Assembly (NCBI GenBank): GCA_000165425.1
Contig: CT868418.1
Location: 434,001-465,594 of the forward strand
Length of the DNA stretch: 31,594 nt
Direction: 5' to 3'
Origin: Paramecium tetraurelia
Taxonomy: Eukaryota
Shown here: positions 11,491-26,200 of the stretch, piece by piece
Layout: every line of letters begins with the position of its first letter
Numbering within the stretch: position 1 is the first letter of the stretch
Translations under genes and position numbers: made by a program
The notes under the pieces: generated by a model
Seen by the model: only the letters and a program-made list of their open reading frames with translations
Told to the model about the DNA's origin: nothing
Database searches by the model: none

Positions 11491-13199
11491 TCATATATTA
11501 ATTAATGATTTACTCTCATCATCCAATTCATCATCTTCATTGACATCTATTTAACTAGCCTTCTTTTTGCACATAAAAATAAATATCATCAATGATGATA
11601 AACCTAAAAATGAAGCATTAGCTAAAAAGAATATTACTGCAAACATGGGATATCCCAAAGAAATTCTATTTAAATTAATACTATTTATACTTATTGTAAA
11701 ATGTGGACAAATTAGTCATCTAACAAATAAATTTTGCTTCTACTTTACTCACAGCTTCTAAGGTGCATAATGATTACTATCTTGTTCGAATATCATAATA
11801 ATGTTGATTGCCAAAAGTGGCATATTAGGGGCATAGTGTCATTAATTGATTGCAAACTACCAAAATGCTAATGTTTAAAATGGCAGCTACTATAAACAAA
11901 GAGGAAGGTTAAGTTTATTCTTTTTTGATTTCAAATCCTTTTAAAAAAATGATTCCACACTTGATAATCCCATATAAAGTGCAAATAAAGATATAAAGAG
12001 TGAAGATGAAAAAGAACAAATAATCTAATGGGAAGTAATAAGAGGAATAAACATATAATGTATCGATTGGATTCAAAAAGGTTTTTTCCTAGATTAAATA
12101 CCCACATTTAAATCCACATGATGAATTTGTAATCTATCAAATTTAATCAGTTTAATACTTTGTCATAAGTAGTAATTGCCAATGAACTAAATATTAGAAC
12201 AGAAAAGCATAAGCAAATCATTCCAATAATTATTCTAAAAGGAGATATTATTTTAAAAATAGTCTATAAGGATTTCGTCTAAGTTTCCAATTCTATAATT
12301 TTTTCGTTCTTTAGATTTAAGAACCTTTCTTTTCTTTTTAAATTAGTCAATGCCTATTGAATTAAATTTATTTTTACTCTTTAATCCCCTTTAGAAATTT
12401 TGGAAGAACTCTTTTAATACTTTTCTTAGATTGCTCGGTATTTTTCTCTTAATTTGGCTAAATCATTATCTACTTATGATTTTTCTTCTTCCAAAGACCT
12501 GGCCCCTTTAATCAATTAAAATGGCAAAGCGGTTAATCCATATGAACCATAAATCACCCATAAGCAAAAACCAAATGTCAATATGATTGAGATGCAAAAT
12601 GATATTGCCTATTCCCCTAAATGATCAACATCAAACATGGTTTTCACCCATTCTAATTTTTCAGAAGTACTGTAATTCACTTCAGGATTAAACACTAGTC
12701 CAGAAATTAATAAAACACAAATAAACCCTATAAAATATACAGTTTATTTGGCTGATCTAATTATTTTTGAGGATAGACGTTTTTCACTTAAATCTAAGTC
12801 AAAATCGTTATCGTAATTCAATGCTCTTTCTTCTGAATAAAAGTAATTAAATGGTAGGATTACAAAAGTGATAAATAATAATCCAATATATAGATCTAAA
12901 AGGATCGATGTCATTCTTACATATAAATACCTCCCTTATAAAGTACTTATTGATTGGTTGATGAAGTGTGGAGATTACATCATTGGGATGAGATGTCACA
13001 AATACATCAATTGGTACCATTAATATGCAAATCATGGATACAGTGAAACTCAAACAAATTGAGTTAATTGCGAAGTTATACGACTCAGCAGGGTCTATAT
13101 AGTATTTCACTATTATTCTGGATAAAAAGTATAGTCCCTAAATAAAAATTATGAGAATACTAGAATCAAAGCAATATAAAGAAACCACGCAAAATACAT
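11491..13199 (-). CDS. LMBRD1: LMBR1-family membrane protein, LMBRD1 (lysosomal cobalamin transport escort)-like, ~536 aa
   Basis: Motifs 'LMVPIDVFVTS', 'FVILPFNYFYSEE', 'YGSYGLTALPFQLIKG', 'SSCGFKCGY', 'NPIDTL', 'FPLDYL', 'PQYATFGNQ'. Four small introns (e.g. 12896-12920) leave 1611 nt. Confidence 0.85.
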
Positions 13200-13245
13200 T
13201 TTATGAATAAAATAATATCAAAACGAAAATAAATTATCAATTATC

Positions 13246-14152
13246 ATGTTATTTCAGAGATAATCACTCCCAGCTTTAAATGCAATCTGTTATCATTCAA
13301 ACAATGAAGAATGTGAATTATAACTGAGACCTTTGTACTTATTAATTAGAGAAAATCAAATTGATGTCTAATAAGAAAACATTACTTTAGTCGGTTTGTT
13401 CAAGCTCTTAAAAGTATGCTTTAACATTTTCATAGATCTGGAAATTAGATATACCATTTTCAATTTTAGCTAAGTTAATGTTAAATGCAAATAAATATTG
13501 CAACTAGTAATTGAATTAAATGATCAATTAACATTCTTTTCATCAATTAATGCATAATCCACAATTATAAATAATTTATAGAAAGAAGCCTAAATCAGAC
13601 GTGTCCTAATTAATAGGAAATAATGCTTACTTATAAAATTGTTAATTCTCTACTCCTTAGACAATAGTTGGATTATTCTCTAGACTTGGAGAACTAATAT
13701 AGAGAAAGTAAATTTATCTCAAAATCAATAATGAAAATTTAGATGCTAAAGATAAGTATAGCTATATTATTAAAATGATGCAAAATACACCCAGGGATCT
13801 GAAAATCAATCCTGTAGACAATGTAACTGAGAAATAGGACAGCTTATTAATAGGAAATTAATATTTTAGTACTTAATCAAAAGTCGATAGCATTTTATCT
13901 TTAGAAGATAATGAAGAAAATGATGATTAATTTCCTCAAATTAATAAACCTATTAAATAGAAGTTTCAAAAATTATAGAATGTCTTAGATTTGAACGATT
14001 AATAATTTAAGATGAATCATAGAATGAGAAAAATGCATACAACTATGATGAAGCATATGATTTAACTTAAATAAAATTAAAATGTGAATAAGATAAATAA
14101 ATTAATACAGCAAACATAAGGGAAAATTGTAATTAAATTACCTGAAATATGA
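13246..14152 (+). CDS. Hypothetical protein, ~294 aa
   Basis: ATG 13246, intron 13414-13435, TGA 14150-14152. Open 885-nt CDS under table 6 with no recognised motif. Confidence 0.7.
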
Positions 14153-15203
14153 TTATTATTGTAATTATACATAAATACTATAAATTATAAAAGTAAAATT
14201 AATTTAACCTGGCTAATGATGAAAGGTGTTATGAAGAGCACATATCAAAATTTCTTAAAATTATCAAAGAGTAATTATTAATCAAAATAATACAAAATCA
14301 AAATGAGTTGTACTTTCTCAGTATTCTGCTTATAGAAAGAATAAATGAAATGATACTTCTTAGTAACTTATAATCTACATCATAAAATGGATAAATTAGA
14401 ATAAATAACTCCAAAATCTTATAAATACCCATGTATATCCAAATATGATAATTAGAAATGATAGTGATATTGATATGATATATAAACTTAAGTTGAAATA
14501 TTTCAAAAAGGGAATCAATAAATTTGGTGTATAATCAGTAAATTATTTAATAAATATGAAAGAATCAAAAAAATCCAACTTAAGAGATAAATTACTCTCT
14601 TAACCGCTCATTAATTCTCTCTTCATCTACCGTGCTTAATGAATAATAGATAGACTCTTTGTGTTTTATGCATTATAGGATCAAAAGGAATTTCATGAAA
14701 ATTTTCTATTTATTTATTCAACAACATATTTAATGATACACGGATTATTCTTAATATATATATAAGTTTTCAATTTAACAATTTAGATACACCATATATT
14801 GTTGATTTATAGTTTAATCAATACCCATTATGAAATAGTCCTTACATTGATATTAACTAATCAAATTTTGTTAGGAAACAAAAAACCCTAATATCTAGAT
14901 TTAAATAATCGAATCAAAAAGAATAATAGCAATTAAACAGTCATCCTCTGTCTAAAGATATTTAGACCTGTATTTCTAGATGTAATTGATATATATGTTC
15001 CAAATAATAGAAGTAATTAATTTTGTTCATCCAAATGTATTTAAAGGGAAAAAAAATTGAATTTTATGAATCATTCATATTAAGGATATCTATATAATTC
15101 TTCGCCAAACACATATGAATAGTTTTCTTAATTTTATCAAGTTAAATGTATGCATATAAATTTGTGAAATAAATATAAACAATAACAAAATCATAAACTA
15201 TGG

Positions 15204-15681
15204 TCATACTTAAACATTGACTGAAGTAGGAGGAATTTATTCATCTTCATTATTTTGAGATTTGAATCTAATATGTTTAAATTGATAATTACTTTTTATA
15301 TTGTGCTGCTTTAATATCCAACATTGAAAGAAATACTTTCTTCTTTTTTGGAAGTTCATGTGGCTATGAAGAACAATTATTTTCCGTTTTAGGTTATTGC
15401 ATCCCTTTTTTCTCGAATTTTTTTTGTGATTTTATTTTTTTTTTTTATTCTTTCGGTTGAATCGGATTTGTGTCATCCTGTTTGGGCAATTAGGAATTCG
15501 ATAATTCTAATTCTTCTTATTTTTAAATTGAGATGTTTGTATTAGGGATGGCTTGACTGAATGAAGCTCTAATGAATTTTAATATCAAATACTTCAGCAT
15601 CTGATTATAAATTAACATCTGTTAAAGGATCAATTGTTGTTAAAGAATTAGGCTTTGGTCAAAGTAATTTAAGCAATTCAT
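15204..15681 (-). CDS. Small Q/K-rich hypothetical protein (~142-150 aa)
   Basis: MNCLNYFDQSLILQQQLILQQMLIYNQML...PKKKKVFLSMLDIKAAQYKK|FKSQNNEDEQIPPTSVNVQV*. A 25-nt intron near 15268-15292 is required. A 24-nt candidate intron near 15570-15593 is frame-neutral. Confidence 0.65.
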
Positions 15682-15932
15682 TGAAATATAAGGAATTATT
15701 TAAAGAAAACAAGATTTGAAGATTTGGTTTAATAGCAAATAATTATGCGTCATGGATTATTTGTGGTAATCCTTACAAATGATCTTGCATCATAATAATT
15801 AATAAACTTTTATAATAATTATATTATTTTATTAATTATTATAATTAAGATCGTCATTAGATATAATTGTTAACTACGACAATTATTATTATTAAATCAA
15901 TAATAATAAATTAAAATATTTTCTTACTAGCG

Positions 15933-16950
15933 TCAAATTTTGGCTTTGGTGAATGAAATCTAAATGTTTCTTCCATCCACATTTTCGTTATGCATAAGTG
16001 CCACAACTTCAAAAGTTTGCTTTCGAGTTTCAATTTTGATTAAACACATAAATTTAAATTGTGAGTTCAATACTTTTACAGTCTATTATTATTTAAATTA
16101 CTTCAACAAAACAATAATTTTGAGAAGATATCCCACATCATTTCAGAATTGGAGGAAACTTTTTTCAAAATTAAAATATGAGGAATTTAGCTGCGAGGAA
16201 ATAAAATCTAGTTATTTTCTGCATCAAATTTAAGTGTAATATAGTCCTGTTCTACATATAAGGTATTCAGACCAACTAACTTTTCAATTGAATAATTTGC
16301 AGCGAAGATTATTATTAAAGAATTTCTAAATTCTGACAATTTGATATACAAAATATGCCTAATACTAAAGCAAGTTAAATATTTATATTGTAAAATACCC
16401 AAATTGCTAAAGATATTGTATAATTTATGAACATTCAATTCTTTTCCAAAAATTTCATTTAAGCATACTGTTTTTGTTGATTTAATTTTATTTTGACTTA
16501 GAATAGTTTTTAACTTAGAGGCAGTGTAATAACACTGTGTGGTTTAGAGTCTCCTTTTTGTAAGATTGTGTTTAATAAAAGAAAATATAATATTATCATT
16601 TATTGATGCGGATTGCTTATTTTCGAACCTGCTTGAAGTAGTATCTTCAACAGTCTCATAAGATCCTAAATGAGCAATGGGCAACAATTTGTTATTTTAA
16701 TAGTAAGAATATTTCATAAAAATTTGATGATAGTTGATCTAATGTATTTTTGGTATTTTTTGCGGCATCATTCGTAGCCATCTCCATCAAGACTCGTCAT
16801 TCCATTAATGATTGACTCAAAATTTTTACATTAATCACAAGTACATACCAGAAAAAATTACAGAAATTTCCTACAGGCTAATCGACATACTAAAATATTC
16901 TGGGAGTTAATAATTTTAGTAAGAATAAAAGGTGAAATATGTAGAGAATC
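15933..16950 (-). pseudogene. Disrupted PTB/hnRNP-L-like RRM protein gene
   Basis: The C-terminus 'FEVVALMHNENVDGRNIQISFTKAKI*' and 'LNVHKLYNIFSNLG' resemble PTB RRM4/RRM3. In-frame TGA at 16797-16799 ('LME*RVLMEMA'), a frameshift near 16115-16122 and further frame changes. The 5' limit is approximate. Confidence 0.65.
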
Positions 16951-18637
16951 AACATTTACCCTTATTTATTAAATAATTTTCATTTTTATTTTTGATTTTT
17001 GCATGCTAATATCTTTAAAAATAAATCACATTTTTAAATAATATCAACAAATCTTGGGTATAAATATTTTAATATCTCTAATAGGTTCACTAAATGGATC
17101 AATCAATTTTTCTTTGAGTAAAAAGGGATTTCAAAATTGTTAAATTTCAAGGAGTGTGATATGATTTATGTTATAATTAAGATCGACACGAAATATTTTG
17201 TAAAAATACAAAATATAGAGTTAAATTATAATTTATTTGCTTTGGAGATGCTTATAATTAGTGATTAAAGAATTGTAAAAAAACATTGAATTTATAAACA
17301 AGAATTTAAAAATAATTTTGAAACACCAACAAATGATTAGCATTAAAAACCCAATAGGCCCTAATAGTAAGAGTATAAAATGAAATTATTAATCTACTGA
17401 TTTATTTGTTTATCATGCGATATTTTAGTTTATGAACCCTAAATGTATGGAAATAATTTGGACCATAAATTTCAAGGTAGTATCTATTATATAATATATT
17501 TTAAAAATAAAATAACTATTCAAAGTTCTAAATTCATACATTTTCTCAACATTTCTATTAATTAAAAGTACCCCAAAATTAATTCTCTAACTTCTTTACA
17601 TTTTTAATCCTTTTTGTTACATTCAAGGTATAAGTTGGTAATGTAATCCTTTTGTGATTCGTAGAATTTTCTTAGGTTTTATTTCACAATGCAATAAAAT
17701 TTGCTCTAGATATTAACTAACTTTTGATGAAATTAAAAACGCAGTATTCATCAAGAGTTATGTTTTGTTATTCTTATATCGTTTTTTGATTGAAAAATTT
17801 ATCAATATTTTTTGGTTATTTTAAATTTTTTTAAGTTAATTTTAGTTTTTGATGATGATTCTTTAGTTTGATAAATTATTTTACATGTTCCTTTTTGATT
17901 TCTAAATGAAATAAGTATTACAAAAGGAATCATACAACCATTCTTATATTTCTTTGTAGAATTAACACTGCGTTAGAATGATAAAGTGCTTTGCAAATAA
18001 CCAAATGTTTAGCGAAGTTCAAGGATAATAGCATACATTTGACCAACTAAAATTGATTAATCAAATTTACTATGAGACACAATTTGTAAAGAAAGTTTAC
18101 ATAATGGTTATTGTTTTTAATTTCTGTAAAAATTTCCAAACTAATTCAAGGCTCAAACTCAATTAATATATTACATCTTACAGAAATTAAATCTTTATTA
18201 AATGATACAATCTAAAGTAATTATTTCATTTATTACATCAAATTAATAGTCCTTTTAAATTCTATGATGATCGCTGATTAAGTCTGATTACATAATTCTT
18301 TTATTTTTTGATAATCACAAGATCTTAATTTAATTTAACTGATTTGATGATAATTGAGTACTTTTTTCTGAATTTTTTCTCAAAAAGATCAAGGTTATTG
18401 TGAATACTGATAAATTGTGAAGAAACATTTTGTCTTGCTTAATATTAATCAAATAAATTTTAAGATCTGAGAGTTATATCAGTTCACACAACATAAGGGC
18501 CAATTGGTTTACTGATAATTCAATTAACATCATCAACTAGTTTAATTGCAGATTAAGGTTTGATTAAATTTAATGAGATATTCAAATAGCTGAGAATATT
18601 GATTAAAATTAAATTTACATAATATAATAATAATTAA

Positions 18638-20119
18638 ATGAAGAAAGGTTTTTATTTTCTTCGAAAAATTGATACTTTTGGAATTAAATTTACTCCTGCT
18701 ATAAACAACAAAATGAATTTTAGTTATAAAACTATTTTGGGAGGAATATTCTCTTTGATCATTTATTCACTTAGTGCAGCATATTTTGTTTATGAAATGT
18801 ACAGATGGATGAATATGGATATGGTTCCAATTGTTACAACTGAAATTCATAGTTTTAATAATGATATCGAAAATCTCTTGGATGAATCTAATGCATAGAT
18901 CGAATTTGAAATCTTCAATACAGCAAATGGAAATGAATCAATTAATCCATTTAATTAAACACAACTCGTCTTGACTCCTATATTAAAGAATTATTCGAAT
19001 GGAAAAGAATAGGCTGTAGGATATAATTTTTCTTAATATGTGTCTGAAAATATATTTTCTCCATAATTTAGACTTAATTCGAAAAGTGAATATTAAATTT
19101 CTTTTGCAAGATGTAATCAAGAAATGCTACTTGAAGGTTAAATTTGCGCAGGCTAAGATATTATGAATAACTTTTTTAATTAAAGGGGAAACGAATTGTA
19201 AATTAACGTAATACTGAAAATAGTTGATCCAAGGACATTCACTGAAAAGTAAATTAAAAAAACATATGGTATTATTTTAGAGGAAATAGAATGCTAAATC
19301 ACTAAAATAAGCATGGAATATACACATTATTAAATATTCAAAGATTTTATCTTTCCCACCCCAATTAATAAAATTTTTGTGAGTGAAACAGTAGAATAAA
19401 CAACATATGGAACAAAGGATTATTGTTCAAAAAGATTTGTAGAAGAAAGTTATGCTTTGTTATGGATAACAACATCTTAGGTTGCATATGTTTAAAGAAT
19501 GCAATATCCTGAAATTGGAGATATATTAGCTAATATTGGATCTATTATAGAGGTTTTATTCTTAATTGAGTTCATCATACATAAATTCAATGAAAGTTGT
19601 CTTATAAATTTTATGCAAGAGTAAATTCTTTCATTTTATTATCCAGAATTACAGTAGATTTAATTGAAAAAAAATTGGTTTGGTAATATTAAGAGTTGCT
19701 CTTTACGCTCTCAAGTTATAGATCCTAAAAGTTTTATTAAATTCAAAAACAAGATTACCAGTTCATTGAATTGTAAATTTTGTTATTTAAATTTAATTTA
19801 TGAAATTTCAAGAATGCAATTTATTTTGCAATCAATAATGATAAAAGAAGACTTTTATCAATCACATTAGATCGGCATAAAATTAAATCTGAAAAAGGAT
19901 TATGAAAATGATGCATTGTTTCATTTATAGGCTGATGATGAAGAGGAATTCTTAGATTCAACAAAAATATAGAACAATAAAAAATTAACTTATAAAGACT
20001 CCTTATTATTATCTATTAACAGCCGAAAAATATATATGGAGGAAGATTATATCGATTAAGAATTATTTTCTGATAGAAATTTCTTCGATATTAACAGAAT
20101 TAGTAGAACTAAAATTTGA
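18638..20119 (+). CDS. Intronless two-TM protein of a ciliate-expanded family, 493 aa
   Basis: N-terminal 'IDTFG...YKTILGGIFSLIIYSLSAAYF' (TM1), a large loop with 'RCNQEMLLEGQICA', and TM2 'YPEIGDILANIGSIIEVLFLI'. 1482-nt open frame under table 6. Confidence 0.85.
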
Positions 20120-20249
20120 AAAAAATTTGTACATAATTATTAAATATTATAACAATTAATAAGAATCTTATTTTAAATAGTAAATCAATATAATATTTAT
20201 TATTTGATTGTTTTTGAGTCAACACTGATTTATTTTCTTTTTTATTAGC

Positions 20250-23200
20250 TTTTTATTGTCCAAATTCAAGCTCATCTATTTGTTGATAATCTATCCTATA
20301 CGAATGTCAAGAATTTTTGAAAATTTTAAATGCTGAATATAATTATAAGAATTAATTTTATCATGTATTATTGAAAGAGGAATATCAAATAATTTCTAAA
20401 ATCTTTTTTGAATTTTAATTAGGAGCTGCTATTCTTCTGCTAACTGTAAAATATGCATTGATATTCTTATAGAAAAATAATGAAATATAACCACATGATG
20501 TATCAGAATCCCAATAAGATCAACCAAATCTAGAATAATTTTCAACCATTATATCCTTCTTTACAACCACTGTTTGTAATTATCCTTAGTGTCCTAAAAA
20601 GTACATTTGCTAGCAATGCTATAAATGATGTTTTATTGATCTGCCAATTATTTCTACTGTGACAAGTAGACATATACATTCGAAATTGTGCAGCCCTTAA
20701 TTTTCAGAAAGGAGTCTTCACTTGCATCTGCAGCTGAAAATGGATGTATTCCACATTTTGATGAAAATTCTACCGCATAGGTAAATTCACAGAGGATTTT
20801 GTTATCCCCAATTCCCTATTATAAATGAAATTCTTCTTTTAGGAGATGTACTGGATAACCAACCTTTTGAGAGTATAATTGGACATCAGATATTTTGTGA
20901 TCCATTCTATAAGTAATGTACTGAAATTGGATTCCGTACATGTTATTCTATTTTTCTGGATTTAAATTACACGGAGCATCATCATCTCTTGCAGTTGATG
21001 TTTAAAATATTGCTCAAAATATTCTCAAATTTATCATTTTGCATAATGTTTGCTCTATTTGCACAGCTATGAACACTTTTATCTTATTTACCTTGCTTTT
21101 AACCTAGTGTAATGCATATTTCATATGATGCTTGTTCTTAGGGTTCTTAAACTGCCCGCAGTATGGATGTAATAATTGATGTCCAAAATGCAGATTCTAC
21201 TTATGGTTTATAGTCATATGATCGAGGGGATTTAACTACTTAATTAAAGGGTGCATTGCATAAGATCAATTCAAATTGTATAAAAGATGATTTACTACTT
21301 TATGATACAACTAAATTTTTATTAAGAATTATGAGCAATTATCATTCTAATACTACTATCATTTAGAATTATTATTATGGTAAGTATTTAAGATGCATCA
21401 GGCACACTTTATGTATGTGTATAAGGATACATCCCAAATAGAGTTGAAAACTTTAAAGCTGACCTTAAACAATAAAACAAAAGAGATTTTCTGATACTAC
21501 TCTCCTATGAAAGTTGACATTCCTCTTGTAAACTTATTGTAAGGCTACCTATTTCTCCTGTATCCATTCTATAAACATCTCGTACATTCACATAGTTTAA
21601 TTTTTTCTTTTATGCACTTAAAATCTTATTACAAATTAGGCGACTTCCAATTTACTATCCATTTTTAGGATTTTATTTATATTGAACATCACCTTGTGTT
21701 TGGAGTAGCATTAAAAAATAATTTTACTCTAGACTCTAATCTTTCATGTCCATCCTCTACATAAAGTTCATAATCATAGTTAATTTGAACCGCTTTGAAA
21801 ACTTGTTAAACCTTACTTCATATGTAATAGGATGCATGTTTCATGAAATTTTGGTTACCAGCCGCATTCCCTACGAAAGATAGTGGTGCTTGTTACACTT
21901 TTTCTTTATGGTCTTCTTAGAAAAAATGAGTTGGGACAATTTAAATCAATTATGCCCTCATATAGCAAATACGATGATACTAAGAATCATTCTCAGCCTC
22001 CTGTTTATACAATCCTAGCAGTCAAATTCTAGATTAAATTGTATTATCAGTTGGGTACAAAATGTCTTCTGCAATATTATCCTTCATCACTATCTTTAAT
22101 TTATACTTAATATAAACCTGGGCATCTTGTGCAGTTTTCTTTAATTATTAGAGTTATAAATGGATCTCGCATGCTATATGTATTAGCAGATCAAGTTGAA
22201 ATTGGGCTAAAATAACTGACGATGATGGCTTATGTACTTGTAATACTTGAAACTCTTTTGTTTCCTATTATCTCGAAGAAAAGCATTGGAAATACTCTCA
22301 TAGTATATAATATGCTGATGACTAGGCTGGGGCATTATAATTGTGATCATTTCCTTAATGAAGTATCAAATTTTTATACTGATAGTGGTGATCCATGATT
22401 CCTAATATGAATTTAATGTTGCATGAACCACAATTTAGAATATAATTGCGCTACTTGGCTCATATGCTGAAAAATCAGTTTATATTAAAACTACTAACAA
22501 TGTTTGCAAAGGATCTAGATCTTAGTTGAGTCTCTTGTATTATTGCAAATCTCGTTGTTGTTGTAACCTTGCACCTTCTTGTGTATTTGATGTTAATCTG
22601 CTAAAATGCACTACAGAAATTCATCATTATTATAGCAGGAGCCAAATAAAGTACATACAATGAATATGGAGATAATGCAATGTTAACTGCCCTAACTTTT
22701 TCTTCAAAAAAGATGGTCTACAAGAAACGTCTGCTGGTGGCTATGCAATATTTGTTAGTAACCAGATTTTTGGTCTTTTTTAAATTTTTTTTCCTTTCCC
22801 TATTGCTTCAATATTTGTGGATACAGACTTTAGTCCATTAAAAAGTGCATCTCAGCAATTCTAAATGTATCCTTCCTTATATGATGATGGGATATCATGC
22901 TTTCTCGCCATTTCTTTAATACTGATTGACACTATGCTATTTTTGAAAACTCTTTACTGAGGGCAGATCATGCAATAATTGGTACATACACTACTCTCAA
23001 ATTATTTAATTTAGTGGTCCCATAAATCTTGTAAGTAAGGCTTTCTCGGAGTACATGATTTGCAAGTACTTCTGACCATTCACATTAAATAAATACCCAG
23101 GCTTTGTGCCAAACAATGATCAAGCACCTTACACTAAGCCAAATACTTTGTCTAGAATATATGCTTTCTGCTCCTATTCCTCATAAAATTATCGCTGGCT

Positions 23201-26200
23201 ATTCCATAGATAGCTTATCAGTATTCGAATATCCTCCAATCATAATCAATGTTATCTCTTAATGCAATTTATTATTTTAAAGCATTTTCAATTTTTCTTT
23301 TATAGGCAGTCCTTCTAGAGACAGATGATACTATTTGAAATTAATTTATTACTGACATGCTTCTTTATTAATAATGTTGTGTTAATTTTTATGACGCTTG
23401 CAAAATATTTTGATTTGTTCCACACTAGTGGAATTACTTTTACATGCATTCCCCAAGCATTGCATCAATCTAAATATATTACTCTTTTGTTACCAACCTA
23501 TTAATGAAGTCAATATGACTCTCACCTTTTACTCATATTTCCTTTCTTCAACTATAGCACCTTCTAAAGTGATTTGAACTTCTTTACATTTTATTTAGCT
23601 ACCAGATCATATTGTTGTGGATAGATTTTACAATCCTTCTAAAATCCTGATGCTTCTATTTATGGTACAACAAGTTATTTTATCTGTTTAAAATCTCATG
23701 CTGCCTATTCTTATAATTCTTCTAACTCTGATCTTTCTAAATGTACACCCCTCTATCTTAAATAAATTTTCTAACAATGTTAGTTCTCGTCTTACATGCC
23801 AAGCTGAAGCAAACTCACACTTGATTTGTAAGATAGATATCCCACTTTGAAACTACTTGTTAGCAGTAGTTGCAAAGGACGCTGTGCTTCTTGTTTCCAA
23901 TGTCCATCTCTTGAAGCTGTATATTAGGATCAAAGCTCTTAAGCTACTATCACGATTGGACACTACATCAACACCAACGATTAAAAATACAGATATTTGT
24001 TCAACTCTTTGTCCTAAATTCTTTCTATCAGCCACCTAATCTCATCATTTATTTCTGGTTATTTCAGAGATATAGCCATTCTACAAACTGTACTAATTTC
24101 CCAAGTATACCATTTTTGTAATACCATATGTGTTGATACTGTTTGTTAATTTATCAAGCCTTTATATTATAATTCTACTTGTAAGTTGTAGAATAAACAG
24201 TAATTTAAATTCATTATCTCTTTATTATATAAGAGACGTTCATTAGAACAGCTATCTTTGGAACTAACTATTCATATACAATTGACTTTTTATAAAACTT
24301 TATAATGTTTGTTATTCAATAGGTCAATGCTCCAATACATATACGATTTGAGCAAATTAGATTTTAAGATAAGTAAATTAAAATCTTGATGTGCAATAAT
24401 ATTTGCTAAGAAATTTGATTGAATTGAGTGTGAATCCTTCACAGATTTTTCTTTGTAGCCTCAAATAACCTTTAAATTCTATGTCTGTTTCAAAATGTTC
24501 TTAACAAGCTACGCTGTTATTACATCATTAATTATAATATGGTTTTTTTTTTCTGAATTTACAACTCGCTCTTTGAGAGGTCCTGCTTAAGAATAGATTT
24601 CATCATCGCTTCTACTACATAATTTGATCTAGGCCAATATAAAATTTAATTTCATTGATATTTCATACAGAGAGAATGACTGGTTTAAAGTATGTTTTGA
24701 AGAATATGTATGCTATAACAGTCAATATACTAGGATTCCCTGAGCTCAACTTGCTCTGATTGGTGTAGAGTTTGAAATAACCTAATGTATTTCTCTATCA
24801 CCTACTAAATGTATTTACTATTAGAAATTGAGCTTCATCTGCTTTTCAAAATATTTTGGATAAAAGTTCTCCAAAACCCTGTTGTCCATCTTGCTGGACT
24901 TCTTGAGCTTCTTGCTTACCTTGAATACGTATTGTAATTATATGGCTTCTTGTGTCTTACAGCGTATAATACATGTTGAGATTTTTTAGCTACTGAGCTT
25001 CTGACAATCGTTGTCAATGTTTAGATTTCTTCTTAAGTAAGACCTTAACCATAGGAACATCCTTTTTATCGAAATACTCTTTACAAAATATGCATGTATT
25101 ACTTTATCCAACTTTTACTTCATACACTGAGGACGGCCAAAATGTTGTATAATATCACTAAGCACCATTTATTTGATAACTTTTGTTGTAACAATAAATT
25201 AAAAATTCTGACAGCAACTTATTTGTCCAACATTAGTCTCTTCGAGTCTCATTTATGCTCTTTGAACCTGCAAATCCCATTATAACCAGCCACCTCCATC
25301 TATATTCCAAGTTCTGCTGATTTTCCTCTTAGACGACTTTATTAGCCTTTTAATTTAGTGTCACTACATATGGATAAAAAGTGTTTCATTATTCAGAAAA
25401 TCCCATTTATTACCACTTCATCTGTTTGCCTTCGTTCATCTTAATATCATCCAAATGCCAAACCGTCTTTATTACAACTGTCGAATCGTCCTAAGAATAC
25501 TATTAAAATTAATACTTCTCAGTAATCCAACCTTGTAATTTTAGAAATTGACAATATTGCATTGCTCAAAATAATTATTATATTTCAAATTCGAAAATAT
25601 ATTTAGCAACATAGATGATCCAGTGCAAAACGTGTTGACAACTATACTGTGAACCTTGCCACCCTTCAGCAGTATAATTACTGCTTATAAGAACTAAATG
25701 GCTGCCATTTGTGTCAATCTTGTTTACTTTTTTTGGAACTATTTTGATTTAGATGTAGTTATATCAAGCTGCATATATGTAAAGATACTTAGTAAGAATA
25801 GTATAGATTCCTTTATACATACATATCAGAATGTGAAGACAAACATATGATTTTAAAAATTATATATTGAAAAATATTAAAACAATTGCAGCTGCTGATC
25901 AATCAAACCTTTAGTCTGAATGTAATGTGCATTATATTCATTTAAGGGATCTAAATCATTTTAAAAGGAACTGAGCGTTTGTATAATCTTTGCTGTTAAA
26001 GCCATTCTAATATTTTTGGGCTTTAGAATAAGGAGTGATTGTTGTTTCACTTTTCTGTGCTGAAAAACATCTTTGGCTCACAAATAGATTCTTTAGTAAC
26101 AGAATGATGTTTCAAACCTTTTATTAAAAAGTTTTTGATTATTTCAATGCTTCTCTTATTTCTTTCTCAATTATCTGGATATTCCTAGCTTAATTACTTT

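Noticed and set aside
14200..14727. Minus-strand frame MLLNKQIENFHEIPFDPN...ERLREQFISQVGFF* followed by hydrophobic fragments (faintly Bax-inhibitor-like)
   Set aside because: Early TGA and no coherent continuation. It is probably decayed but too weak to name.
5695..16799. Idea that TGA is also read as Trp (TGA at plausible Trp sites 5695 and 16797)
   Set aside because: All intact genes use TGG for Trp and TGA only at their ends. The 16797 case lies in a gene with other lesions, so TGG->TGA mutation is simpler.
17450..18450. Coding-like fragments on the minus strand
   Set aside because: Multiple TGAs in every frame and no identifiable domain.
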